Source: a virus (lineage: Duplodnaviria; Caudoviricetes). From it: DNA of 58,965 nt. Positions 18,349 through 27,427 of the stretch are shown piece by piece (positions within the stretch are counted from its first letter, which is position 1; each line of letters opens with the position of its first letter). The DNA is taken from positions 1 to 58,965 of IMG/VR virus record IMGVR_UViG_3300044654_000030; one strand, given 5' to 3'. The position numbers and the translations under genes were made by a program. Below the pieces are notes generated by a model. The model was not told the DNA's origin. It searched no databases and saw nothing but the letters and a program-made list of their open reading frames with translations.

Positions 18349-18459
18349 ACGGCCCCCTCGACTCGTCGGCGGACGGCGCGGTCGCGCCGCTCCGCCGACA
18401 CCGATCGGGATGCGGCGGGTCAACCCGGTGCCGACTAGGGACCGGGCGAGCCTGCCCTC

Positions 18460-18490
18460 AAGCCCCTCAGGATCGCTCCTGAGGGGCTTT
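18460..18490 (+). terminator. Hairpin terminator
   Basis: AAGCCCCTCAGGA-TCGC-TCCTGAGGGGCTTT. Confidence 0.55.
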
Positions 18491-18891
18491 CGCATGCGCC
18501 CCGACCGTTCACCGGGGAGGCATGCCCCGAGGGCCCCTGAGGGGCGCAGGGGCCCCAACAATGCATTGTTGGGGCGGGGTTGACCCGCCCCGGTCCCGGG
18601 CCGGTCCGCTCTCGCGAGTGGGCCGGCCCGTCGTCGTTTCCCGCCCCTCCGGCGGGCCCTCGGGCCCGCCGGGCCGATCCGCCCGGGCCCACTCGGGGCA
18701 TCCCCGAGCATGGGCGATCGGCCGTCCTAGGCTGCTCAGTTCGGTCGGCATGTCCCGCATCGGAGCCGTTTGCGGTTCCTGGATGCGGGACATTCCACGC
18801 GCCGCGCCCCGATCTTGACCGATCGGGGCGCGGCTTGCCGCCGCGGCACGGTGCCGCGCGTGGCGTTCCAGGCTAGGCAAGGAGACTCGGC

Positions 18892-19116
18892 TTGAAACCG
18901 TTCGAGATTCAGGCGGATGAGACGGCCCTCTTGCGGGCCCGCGCCGCCGTGCATCGGGCCCGGGTGGGATTCCGGATGGAGTGCGAGGACCGGGATGGCG
19001 CCCCGGACCCCGCCAACCGGGATTGCTGGGGCACGTTCTGGGTGAACGCCCGTGGGCTCCAAGAGGACTTGGCCGGACTCATCTCCATCCTGAACCGCGA
19101 GTTCGGGGAGGGATGA
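18892..19116 (+). CDS. Hypothetical protein
   Basis: TTG start with RBS AAGGAG. Confidence 0.55.
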   Translation: MKPFEIQADETALLRARAAVHRARVGFRMECEDRDGAPDPANRDCWGTFWVNARGLQEDLAGLISILNREFGEG

Positions 19117-19161
19117 TCGGACCGCCCCATCCCCATCCCGACCGACGAACGGAGGCTCGAC

Positions 19162-19440
19162 ATGGACCTGAGCCGGATGGACCCCTACGAGGCCGAGTGC
19201 CTCGCGACGGACCAGGTGGTCCGGGAATGGGCGGCGTCGATCGACGCCGCCCACCGGGCCGCCCAGCGGGCCCTCGCCCACCTCAGTCACTTGAGGATGC
19301 GCCGGGCCGAGCTGGAAGCCTGGCGGGAGCTGTGCATCGCCGCGGAGTCGGCGAGCGGACCGTTGAAGGAGCTGGGAGAGCTGCTCCGCCGCGAGACCAA
19401 CGCGATCATCGCGGCGATCATGAAGGAGGCCCAATCATGA
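19162..19440 (+). CDS. Hypothetical protein
   Basis: RBS GGAGG; helical. Confidence 0.6.
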   Translation: MDLSRMDPYEAECLATDQVVREWAASIDAAHRAAQRALAHLSHLRMRRAELEAWRELCIAAESASGPLKELGELLRRETNAIIAAIMKEAQS

Positions 19441-19679
19441 CCATCGTCCCCGCCTACGGGCGTGACTACAAGACCCAGGCGGAAGTCCTGGAAGATTTCC
19501 TCGTCAATCGCGACTTCATCATCTCCGACCATTTCTGCCCCTACGACGGCAAGCCGACCAACCTGTCGGACTTGCGGAAGGCGGGCGAGCGGAAGGTGAT
19601 GGTCCGCTACCACGGCCTGCGCAAGATCGTGTTCCTCGCGATCACCGACGACGGGGCCAAGGTCCACCGGCCCCGCTGA
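19437..19679 (+). CDS. Small phage protein (PAYGRDYK motif)
   Basis: MTIVPAYGRDYKTQAEV...VRYHGLRK. Confidence 0.7.
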   Translation: MTIVPAYGRDYKTQAEVLEDFLVNRDFIISDHFCPYDGKPTNLSDLRKAGERKVMVRYHGLRKIVFLAITDDGAKVHRPR

Positions 19680-19775
19680 CGAGTGCCGCAGGGAGGCTCG
19701 GGCATGCCGGTTGCGTCCCCGACCCGTCGCCGTGCGGGCCGGGGACGGTTCGTCCCCACGGCGCAGGAACGCATC

Positions 19776-21245
19776 ATGTTTGAACACCAGGTGGCGATCG
19801 GCCCCGAGTTCTTCCGCAAGTCGATGAACGACTATGCGGAGCCTCACTGGGCCTTCGTGCGAGAGATCATGCAGAATTCGATGGACTGCGGCTCGCGCGT
19901 CATCGACGTGCAAATCCAGGACATCGACATCGACGACGTGGAGCTGACCCGCGTCATCGTCACGAACGACGGCCGCCCGATGGACCGGGCGGAGATCACG
20001 GAGAAGCTGCTCGCGCTCGGGAGCAGCGGCAAGGACTTCCGGGACGGGGCGGTCGGGGGGTTCGGGCGTGCGAAAGAGATCTTGTACTTCGCCCACGCGA
20101 AGTACCAGATCGAGTCCGGGTGCTGGCGGGTCGCCGGGAGCGGCGCCGGCTACGACCTGACCGAGTCCCCGACGAGCATCATCCCCGGGACGCGCAGCAC
20201 GGTCTGGTGGGACGGACACCGCGCCGAGGCCCTGCGCGTGACGTTCCGCCGGTTCGTCGAGCTGGCGGGCCGCCAGTGGGGCGGCACGTTCCGGCTCGAC
20301 GGGGAGGAGCACCGCGGGGGCCTGCCCCTCGGGGCGTTCCGACGCGAGCTGGCCCGCGACGAGGAGACCTGGGCCCGGGTGTACACCTCCAGGGCGCCGG
20401 ATCACTCCGTGGTGGTGCGGGTCAACGGCATCCCGATGTACCGGCGCGTCACGCGGTACTCGGGGTGCGTCACGGTCGAGCTGCTGGGGACGTCGGCCGA
20501 GCGGCTGACGTCCAACCGCGACCGGCTGAAGCATCCGTTCGACGACCAGCTCGACGAGCTGATCGACCAGCTCTCGACCCATCGCAGGAAGGCGCTCCGG
20601 CCGAGCGAGCCGGCCTACCACCGCTTCGGGGGCGGGCTGCTGCGCTGGACCCCGCCCGAGCCGGAGCCGGACGGGCCCGTCGCGGTCCGGGTGGCCCCGG
20701 ACACGGCGGTCAACGGGGCGCTCCACGGGGCGCTCGTGACGACCTGCCCGCACCGGGAGTACGTGCATCGGCCGGAGGACCCGGCCCAGCCGGCGACCCT
20801 CCTCGGGTTCGCCTTCGTGTTGAAGAACGCCCGGCGGCAGGCCGTCCCGGGGTGGCTCGACCCGGCGCGGCCGCGGGCCTTCAGCCCGCACGCCGCGTGG
20901 CTCGCCCGAGCCTGGGCGGGCGTCCTCCTGGAGCTGCACGGGCTGCACCACATCACGCGGGGTTTCTGCGTCGGCTTCGTCCTGGACGACGAGGCCGACG
21001 CCCAGTACGAGGAGGGTCCGGGCGGCACCCGGACGTTCCTGATCAACCCGGCGAAGCCGGGGAAGCGGGGCCTGATCCGCAAGTTCCGCGTCGCGGACCG
21101 CGACGCGATCGTGGCGATGGCCGCGCACGAGTTCGTGCACGGCGGCATCGGCGAGATGTACCATGACGAGGACTTCGCCAATCGCCTGACGGAGGTCATG
21201 GCGAAGGCGCTGCGCCATCGTCGGCAGTTCCTGCGCCATTTCTGA
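19776..21245 (+). CDS. GHKL (HSP90/MutL-like) ATPase with C-terminal HExxH metallopeptidase-like domain
   Basis: REIMQNSMD, NDGRPM, GSSGK...GGFGRA, GTRSTV; C-terminal AHEFVH...HDEDF. Confidence 0.8.
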   Translation: MFEHQVAIGPEFFRKSMNDYAEPHWAFVREIMQNSMDCGSRVIDVQIQDIDIDDVELTRVIVTNDGRPMDRAEITEKLLALGSSGKDFRDGAVGGFGRAKEILYFAHAKYQIESGCWRVAGSGAGYDLTESPTSIIPGTRSTVWWDGHRAEALRVTFRRFVELAGRQWGGTFRLDGEEHRGGLPLGAFRRELARDEETWARVYTSRAPDHSVVVRVNGIPMYRRVTRYSGCVTVELLGTSAERLTSNRDRLKHPFDDQLDELIDQLSTHRRKALRPSEPAYHRFGGGLLRWTPPEPEPDGPVAVRVAPDTAVNGALHGALVTTCPHREYVHRPEDPAQPATLLGFAFVLKNARRQAVPGWLDPARPRAFSPHAAWLARAWAGVLLELHGLHHITRGFCVGFVLDDEADAQYEEGPGGTRTFLINPAKPGKRGLIRKFRVADRDAIVAMAAHEFVHGGIGEMYHDEDFANRLTEVMAKALRHRRQFLRHF

Positions 21246-21258
21246 GAGGAGGTCCGAC

Positions 21259-21519
21259 ATGGGGAAGCGCACACGGCCCGAGCTCCCCAAGGGCCCGCCG
21301 CCGGAGCGGCGGGACTTCACCCCGGAGGACATCGACCAGGCGATCGGGCGGCTCCGGCCGACCGAGCGCGATCGCGTGCTGTTCGATGTGCTCACCGACC
21401 TCATGCGTCGGGACATCGACGGCCGGACGACCTATCGGTTCGAGGGCGCGCCGGCGGTCCGGGAGGTCCGGACCCTGTTGGCGCTCCTGCGCCGGAAGCT
21501 GTTCCCCGAGGAGGCTTAA
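21259..21519 (+). CDS. Hypothetical protein
   Basis: RBS GGAGGT. Confidence 0.6.
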   Translation: MGKRTRPELPKGPPPERRDFTPEDIDQAIGRLRPTERDRVLFDVLTDLMRRDIDGRTTYRFEGAPAVREVRTLLALLRRKLFPEEA

Positions 21520-21520
21520 C

Positions 21521-21796
21521 ATGGCAGCGAAGTTTCCGCTCGGCCGGGTCATCGCCACGCCCGGCGCGCTCCGGGCGATGGAGCGGGCCCACCAGGGGCC
21601 GCTGGCCTTCCTGGCGCGGCACCAGGCCGGCGACTGGGGCGACATCGACCCCGAGGACGCCGGCCTCAACGACCGGTCGCTGATCGACGGGACGCGGCTC
21701 CTCAGCGCGTACACGCTGAAGACCGGCGTCAAGATCTGGCTGATCACGGAGGCGGACCGGAGTCAGACCACCTTCCTCCTCCCCGAGGAGTATTGA
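21521..21796 (+). CDS. Plasmid/ICE-related small conserved protein
   Basis: FPLGRVIATPGA...RHQAGDWG...SAY...IWLITEADRSQTTFLLPEEY. Confidence 0.8.
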   Translation: MAAKFPLGRVIATPGALRAMERAHQGPLAFLARHQAGDWGDIDPEDAGLNDRSLIDGTRLLSAYTLKTGVKIWLITEADRSQTTFLLPEEY

Positions 21797-21797
21797 C

Positions 21798-22031
21798 ATG
21801 AAGGCGAGGGACTTCGTGGTCTACGGGTTCTCGGATGGGAACGCCGACGAGGAAGGGCGATACGCCCTGAGCTCGCGGTGGTTCACGACCTCCTACCGGG
21901 CGGCGCGGAGGCGCTCCGCCCGGACGGGGTGGCTGATCGTGGCCTTCCAGGTTGACGGGGATTCGATCGGGGCCTCCGGCCCCGCGCATTCGGAGGAGTT
22001 CGACGATGGTGGCACGACCACGACCGCTTGA
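21798..22031 (+). CDS. Hypothetical protein
   Basis: RBS GAGGAG. Confidence 0.5.
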   Translation: MKARDFVVYGFSDGNADEEGRYALSSRWFTTSYRAARRRSARTGWLIVAFQVDGDSIGASGPAHSEEFDDGGTTTTA

Positions 22032-22221
22032 CGTCCGCGTCATGGACCACGGAGCGGTCGTGGTCTTCGTCCTGATGACCAAGGCCGCCCGCGACTGGGT
22101 GGACCGGTCCGTGGACATCCCGTCCTACCTGAGGATGGGGTCGTTCCAGTTCGCCTGCGAGCACAGGTACGCGCCGGACATCATCACGGGCATGCAGGAG
22201 GCCGGGCTCGCCGTGGCGTGA
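22006..22221 (+). CDS. Small phage protein
   Basis: DHGAVVVF...AARDWV...EHRYAPDIITGM. Confidence 0.6.
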   Translation: MVARPRPLDVRVMDHGAVVVFVLMTKAARDWVDRSVDIPSYLRMGSFQFACEHRYAPDIITGMQEAGLAVA

Positions 22222-22342
22222 GCCCGCCGGGCGCGACGCGGCGCCCACCCGACAACCCGTCTCGCCCCGGCGGCGCCGACGCCGCGCGTGCCGCGTGTCG
22301 CCGCCGGGGCCGTCTCACGGTTCTCCTCCGAAAGGAGTTGCG

Positions 22343-23047
22343 ATGAGTCCACGCGCACGATCCGGGCCGCGCGGCATGTTGGTGCTGGGCAACCGGCATC
22401 TCGGGCCCGACATCTGGTCGTTCAGCATCCCGGCCTTCGCGACGTGCCCGGGGTGCTCGTTCCCCTGCCTGGCGGTCTGCACCGCCATGCGGGGGCACTA
22501 CATGCACCAGGCCGTTCGGGACTTCCACCGGGAGAACTGGGAGCGGTCCCTCGACCCGCCACGCTTCCAGCGGGACATGATCCGCGAGATCAAGTCCCGG
22601 TTCGTCCGGGACTTGAGGGTCCACGTCGCGGGGGACTTCTACGACGTCCCCTACGTCCAATCGTGGACGCGGATCGTCCGGCGGTGCCGGACGACCACGT
22701 TCCTGGCCTACACCAGGAGCTGGCGGCGGCCGGAGCTGCTCGACCCGCTGGTCGAGCTGTCCCGGCTCCCGAACATGCGGATGTTCTGGTCGGAGGACGC
22801 CCAGACGGGCGCCTGCGACCGGCCGGAGGGGCGCCGGGCGTTCCTCTGCGCGACGGCCGCCGACGAGCTGGTCGTCCCGCGGGAGCCGATCCTCGTGTTC
22901 CGGGACGACACGCGGTCCGTCCGGAAGTGGTTCGGCCCCGCGTGGGTCTGCCCCAAGGAGCAGGGGACCCCGACGCTGATCACGTGCAGCGCCTGCCGGC
23001 GCTGCCTCCTGCCCGACCCCCTGCCCCGCAACCCGAGGAAACCATGA
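22343..23047 (+). CDS. GP88-like Cys-rich (Fe-S/radical-SAM-like) protein
   Basis: SFSIPA..TCPG....CLAVC, RVHVAGDFYD, AYTRSW, CPK...TCSACRRC; RBS AAAGGAG. Confidence 0.75.
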   Translation: MSPRARSGPRGMLVLGNRHLGPDIWSFSIPAFATCPGCSFPCLAVCTAMRGHYMHQAVRDFHRENWERSLDPPRFQRDMIREIKSRFVRDLRVHVAGDFYDVPYVQSWTRIVRRCRTTTFLAYTRSWRRPELLDPLVELSRLPNMRMFWSEDAQTGACDRPEGRRAFLCATAADELVVPREPILVFRDDTRSVRKWFGPAWVCPKEQGTPTLITCSACRRCLLPDPLPRNPRKP

Positions 23048-23298
23048 GTCGCCGGTTGACGAACCTTCGGTTGGTGAAGATGAAGTCCGGCTCGCTCGGC
23101 TGGGACGGCTACACGCCGCCGACCTGGGCGGTGCTGTTCGAGCGCAACGGCCAGAGCTGCCGGGTGGACGTCCGCATCCGCCGTGAGGGCGCATCCCGCC
23201 CGACGGGGCAGGAAGTCCTCGACGCCATGCGGGACTTCCTCCGGCGCCGGGAAGTCACGGAGCACCAGTTGTTCGACGACCTTCATGTCGTCGAATAG
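23044..23298 (+). CDS. Hypothetical protein
   Basis: ATGA coupling; MSRRLTNLRL. Confidence 0.55.
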   Translation: MSRRLTNLRLVKMKSGSLGWDGYTPPTWAVLFERNGQSCRVDVRIRREGASRPTGQEVLDAMRDFLRRREVTEHQLFDDLHVVE

Positions 23299-23306
23299 GA
23301 GAAGCA

Positions 23307-23903
23307 ATGAGCACACGAGCCTGCATCGCCCGCCTCACGGGGCGGCACCCCCTCGCGTTCGAGGGGCGTTACCATCACTGGGATGGCTACCCCAGCGGCC
23401 TGGGCCACGCCCTCTACCACGCCTACGGCGGGCCGTTCGACGGGGACCTGGAGCGGATGCTCCGGGTCCTGATCGACGAGCACCCGGCGGGGTGGTCCAC
23501 GATCGTGGGGGCGGACTGGTCCCTCCCGCCCGGCTTCATCGAAGACCCGGCGACCCGGCACGACAACGCGGACCGGGACGTCCAGCCGCCGCTGTGCTAC
23601 TGCCACGGCGATCGGCACGAGGAGCCCCACCTGCTGACGCACGCCGACGCGGCGGGCTGCGGCGTGGAGTACACTTACGCCTTCGACCGATCGCCCAGGG
23701 TCGGGCACCCGAGGATGACCATCCTCTCGTCCCGGGGCCGGGACGGGAGCAAGATGATCGGGTTCGCCGGGTACGGCGACCCGGAATCCACCTGGCACGT
23801 CGTGGCCCGCGTCCGGCTCGACGCCCCCGAGCCGGACTGGGGTCGGCTCGACTTCTGGGGGCGGCACGCGACCCGGGCGCCCCGCCCGGGGGAGGAGGGC
23901 TGA
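23307..23903 (+). CDS. Phage protein of YxHxDGYP family
   Basis: MSTRACI...RYHHWDGYPSGLG...EYTYAF. Confidence 0.75.
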   Translation: MSTRACIARLTGRHPLAFEGRYHHWDGYPSGLGHALYHAYGGPFDGDLERMLRVLIDEHPAGWSTIVGADWSLPPGFIEDPATRHDNADRDVQPPLCYCHGDRHEEPHLLTHADAAGCGVEYTYAFDRSPRVGHPRMTILSSRGRDGSKMIGFAGYGDPESTWHVVARVRLDAPEPDWGRLDFWGRHATRAPRPGEEG

Positions 23904-23904
23904 G

Positions 23905-24126
23905 ATGTCCGCGGACGAATCCTGGTACACGCCCTGCAACCTGGACGGCCTCTCCTCGGAGGAGCTGCTGCGTTTGTGGGACGTGTATCGACACCTGGCG
24001 GTGTACTGCCGCCTGCGGGCCTGGGCGATGGATCGCCGCGCGGCCGGCGACATCCCGGGCGCCCTCGCCTCGGAGGCGGAGGCCGAAGGACGCTACAAGC
24101 TGCTCCCCGAGTGGGCGAGGTGGTGA
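23905..24126 (+). CDS. Hypothetical protein
   Basis: RBS GGAGGAGG; C-terminal LPEWARW. Confidence 0.6.
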   Translation: MSADESWYTPCNLDGLSSEELLRLWDVYRHLAVYCRLRAWAMDRRAAGDIPGALASEAEAEGRYKLLPEWARW

Positions 24127-24127
24127 C

Positions 24128-24373
24128 ATGGCGAAGTTCATCATCCAGCATTACGAACCCTACTGGAGGGAGTGCCGGTTCGAGGTGGAGGCCGCCGACG
24201 AGGCGGCCGCCCGTCGCCTGCTGCTGGATGAGGTCCGGCTCCGGGCGCTGGAGGAGCACGCCCAGGAGGCCGGCCGGGCCCGCGTCGAGGACGCGGGCCC
24301 CGTCCCGTGGTTGGACGAGGAATGGACGATGAAGGACGAGGCGGGGCGCGAGGTCGCGTCCCGCCGCACCTGA
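24128..24373 (+). CDS. Hypothetical protein
   Basis: MAKFIIQHYE...FEVEAADEAAAR. Confidence 0.6.
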   Translation: MAKFIIQHYEPYWRECRFEVEAADEAAARRLLLDEVRLRALEEHAQEAGRARVEDAGPVPWLDEEWTMKDEAGREVASRRT

Positions 24374-24385
24374 ACGGAGGATTCC

Positions 24386-24646
24386 ATGCCGGAGACGTTT
24401 CGCATCACGTTCCGCGAGGCGGTCATCCTGAAGACCGAGTTCGAGGTCTCCCTGGACCCTGGGCTCGCCAGGAGCGTCCTGGACGATGACCCGGACATCC
24501 TGGAGTCGCTCAAGGACCGGGCGGTCCAAGAGGGCCGGGCCCGACCCGAGTCCGAGTCGGCGCTCGACGAGTATGATACGTACTGGGAGATCCACGATCA
24601 GGACGGCCGCCTGATCGCGACCGACAAGACGGAGGACTGCCCGTGA
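24386..24646 (+). CDS. Hypothetical acidic protein (paralog of preceding gene)
   Basis: FEV...WEIHDQDGRLIA. Confidence 0.6.
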   Translation: MPETFRITFREAVILKTEFEVSLDPGLARSVLDDDPDILESLKDRAVQEGRARPESESALDEYDTYWEIHDQDGRLIATDKTEDCP

Positions 24647-24942
24647 ACCTGACACCCTTCCAGGAGTTGCTGGCGGCCCTGGACGCCGCGCTGACGAAGA
24701 AGGACGACCCGACGGTCCGCCGCACCGCCGGGGCCCAGGCGATGACGCCGGAGGACCTCTACGGCGGGATCTACTACCTGTCGGACGGCGGCTACTCGCG
24801 CCTCATCTTCTCCGCCGACGAGGGGCGGCTGTTACTCACGTCCGATTCCCTCGCGGGCCCGGTGGCGTCCTGGGACGACTGCCGGGACCGGGTCGCCGCC
24901 GTCGAGGCGGCGATGCGGCGCTGGATGGAGGGGGCGGGCTAG
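24643..24942 (+). CDS. Hypothetical protein
   Basis: GTGA coupling. Confidence 0.55.
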   Translation: MNLTPFQELLAALDAALTKKDDPTVRRTAGAQAMTPEDLYGGIYYLSDGGYSRLIFSADEGRLLLTSDSLAGPVASWDDCRDRVAAVEAAMRRWMEGAG

Positions 24943-25020
24943 GCGCGAAGATTCCCAACCCGCCGGCCGGCCCCCCGGGCGATAGTGCTTGTGCCCGGGG
25001 ACCACCGGCGGGGGTGCGCC

Positions 25021-25362
25021 ATGAGCTACCACTTGACCGACGACGAGATGCTGGAGATCCGCCGCCGCGGCCGCACCTATCGCGTCCGCATGCGGATCTG
25101 GCGGGGGGCCGGCCTGCCCGCCCTGGTCCTGATCGATGCCGACCGCGGCGATGCGCTCGGCACGATCAGCACCGCCCTGGCCGACCTCATCTGGGCCGGC
25201 TACCTCGGGTACACCCCCGAGGAGTGGCGGTACTTCGAGCGGGAGGGCGGCCGGCTGTACCGGGTGACGTTCGCCGGCTTCGGGCCGCGGGCCCGGTTGC
25301 GGCACGCCAACCCGGTCTCGACCCCCGTGGACCCACGGGTCCTCGGGGTCCTCGCGTCATGA
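25021..25362 (+). CDS. Hypothetical protein
   Basis: MSYHLTDDE... Confidence 0.6.
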   Translation: MSYHLTDDEMLEIRRRGRTYRVRMRIWRGAGLPALVLIDADRGDALGTISTALADLIWAGYLGYTPEEWRYFEREGGRLYRVTFAGFGPRARLRHANPVSTPVDPRVLGVLAS

Positions 25363-25814
25363 CCGGCTACTTCGAGCCCTGGGCGGCCGAGCGGTCGCGG
25401 TCCTGGCGCCCGCCCTGGCCGGCCCACCCGGCGGGCCTGCCGGCCGAGGTGTACGAGGAGATCACCTCCAAGTGCGCCAAGCTGGAGGCCGACGCCGACT
25501 GGCTCCTCTGGGGCACCGGCGTCGCCGAGCCGGCCGTCGTCACCAGCCTGGAGGGCACCCTCGGGGCCACCTCCGGCCGGGGGATCGTCGCCTCGGTGTC
25601 CAAGATCCCGGCCAACGACCGCGACGCGCCGACCCACGAGGCGGTGGCGCGGCGGATCTGCGCCTGCGTCAACGCCCTGGCCGGCGTCGCCGAGCCCGAG
25701 CGGGCGCTGGCCGAGGTCCGGGCGTTCCTCCTCGGGCTGCTCGCCGGCACGACCGCGCCCGACGAGGCGGCCCTGGTCCGGCTCGTGGCGCTGATCCATC
25801 CTCAGGCATGTTGA
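25359..25814 (+). CDS. Hypothetical protein
   Basis: ARRICACVNALAGV motif common in phage proteins. Confidence 0.6.
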   Translation: MTGYFEPWAAERSRSWRPPWPAHPAGLPAEVYEEITSKCAKLEADADWLLWGTGVAEPAVVTSLEGTLGATSGRGIVASVSKIPANDRDAPTHEAVARRICACVNALAGVAEPERALAEVRAFLLGLLAGTTAPDEAALVRLVALIHPQAC

Positions 25815-25859
25815 TATTTGTCAACATGCCGTGACAAGCCTGTTGCGTTTTGGTAACAT
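25805..25859. promoter_or_regulatory. Paired inverted repeats overlapping the recombinase promoter
   Basis: GGCATGTTGA-TATTTG-TCAACATGCC, then TGTTGC-GTTTTG-GTAACA; GTGACA-17 bp-TAACAT. Confidence 0.55.
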
Positions 25860-25915
25860 ATGAGGAGGAACCGATCTCATTTCCTGCGGACGCCCCGCGG
25901 GGCGGCGGAGGGCCG

Positions 25916-26677
25916 ATGCCGGACAGGACACCAGTGACGTACGCCTATATCCGCATGTCGAAGGCGAGCCAGGTGGGCTCGCCGGACGACCAGCGGGACA
26001 CGATCGGCCGCACGGCGGCGGCCGACGGCCGCTCGGTGGACATCTGGATCACCGACGCGGCGATCAGCGGCAAGGTCCCCCTCCTGAAGCGGGAGGGGGG
26101 CCGCGAGCTCGACGCCCGGCTCAAGAAAGGGGACCACGTCTACATCGCCCGGCTCGACCGGATGTTCCGCCGGGCGAGCGACTGCGCGCTGATCATCGAC
26201 CGCTGGCAGCGGATCGGCGTCCACCTCCATGTGTGCAACCTCATGGGGATGGGCATCGACCTCAGCTCGGCGGTCGGCCGGTTCATCGCGCTGATCCTGG
26301 CGGCGGTGGCCGAGCTGGAGCGGGAGTTCATCGCCGAGCGGACCCGCGACAGCCTGGCCCGCCGCCGCCGCACGGGCGGCGCGTGCGGCCGGTACGCCGG
26401 CTACGGGTGGAAGTGGCGCAAGCTGTGGGACCCCGAGAAGGGTCGCCACGTCAAGACCAAGGTGCGCAACGAGGAGGAGCGCGCCATCATGAGGGAGATC
26501 GTCAAGTGGCGGGCCGAGGGCCACAGCTTCGACGAGATCTCCCAGCATCTCACGTACACCCTGAAGGTGTTGACGTGGGAGGGCAAGGAATGGACGCTGA
26601 AACGGTGCCAGCGGGCCTACGTGGCGGAGCTGAAGTTGCAGCTCGCCGAGGCCCGCCGGGGCGACCACGAGGCATAA
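25916..26677 (+). CDS. Small serine recombinase (resolvase/invertase family)
   Basis: YAYIRMS, ISG....R, KGD.....RLDRMFR, AELEREFIAERTR; short recombinase-type DNA-binding tail. Confidence 0.9.
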   Translation: MPDRTPVTYAYIRMSKASQVGSPDDQRDTIGRTAAADGRSVDIWITDAAISGKVPLLKREGGRELDARLKKGDHVYIARLDRMFRRASDCALIIDRWQRIGVHLHVCNLMGMGIDLSSAVGRFIALILAAVAELEREFIAERTRDSLARRRRTGGACGRYAGYGWKWRKLWDPEKGRHVKTKVRNEEERAIMREIVKWRAEGHSFDEISQHLTYTLKVLTWEGKEWTLKRCQRAYVAELKLQLAEARRGDHEA

Positions 26678-26749
26678 TGGAATGCACCGTGCGAGGGAGT
26701 GCGTGTCCTGCCGCGCGATTCATCGCGCACTTCGCGTAGGAGTCCGATC

Positions 26750-27358
26750 ATGACCGAGACGAATGCGACGACGACCGGCACCCTGTTCCACCTCCTGCTC
26801 AGGCTGGAGAACCCGGGCGGCTATCACGCCCACGGCCCGTGGCTGAAGGGGGTCCAGGCCCTCGACTTCCGGAGGCGGCACCGCCTGGGGGACGGCAACG
26901 TGGTCCCGCACGCCCGGTCGTTCAACGGCACCCGGCTGGCACGCCTCGTCCCGCTCCCCGAGGAGGTGGCGCGGCGCCTGCTGAAGCCGGACCAGAACGA
27001 GCGGGAGGTGGAGATCCCGGTGGACCTGCTCCGGGACGGCGAGCTCGCCCTGGGGTGGTCGAACGGCCGCTACGACGCCCCTAGGGACGACAAGGATGAG
27101 CCGCTGCTGGGCCTGGCGGAGATCGGCCTGGACCGCGCCCTGGAGCTGGTCGCGGCGGTCGAGGAGCGGGACCGCGAGCGGGACCGCCAGCACGAGGAGA
27201 AGAAGCTCCGGGAGGAGGCGGGCCGCCTGGCGCGGCGGGTCGCCGCGCTGGAGGAGACGAACGAGTTCCACCTGCGCCGGATCGCCGAGCTGGAGGACCT
27301 GGTCGCGCAGCTCCGGGGCGACGAGGACGAGGACGCGGCGGGCGACGACGACGCCTGA
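26750..27358 (+). CDS. Hypothetical protein with C-terminal coiled coil
   Basis: RBS AGGAG. Confidence 0.65.
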   Translation: MTETNATTTGTLFHLLLRLENPGGYHAHGPWLKGVQALDFRRRHRLGDGNVVPHARSFNGTRLARLVPLPEEVARRLLKPDQNEREVEIPVDLLRDGELALGWSNGRYDAPRDDKDEPLLGLAEIGLDRALELVAAVEERDRERDRQHEEKKLREEAGRLARRVAALEETNEFHLRRIAELEDLVAQLRGDEDEDAAGDDDA

Positions 27359-27427
27359 CGCCGGCCAGGGACGGCGCCCCGGGCAGGGACGCCCACCCCT
27401 GGACCTCCCGAAGGAGGGTGATGCACC

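Larger units (their letters stand above)
17316..18570. repeat. 23-bp direct repeat with palindromic core (17316-17338, 18548-18570)
   Basis: AGGGGCCCCAACAATGCATTGTT occurs twice. Confidence 0.9.
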
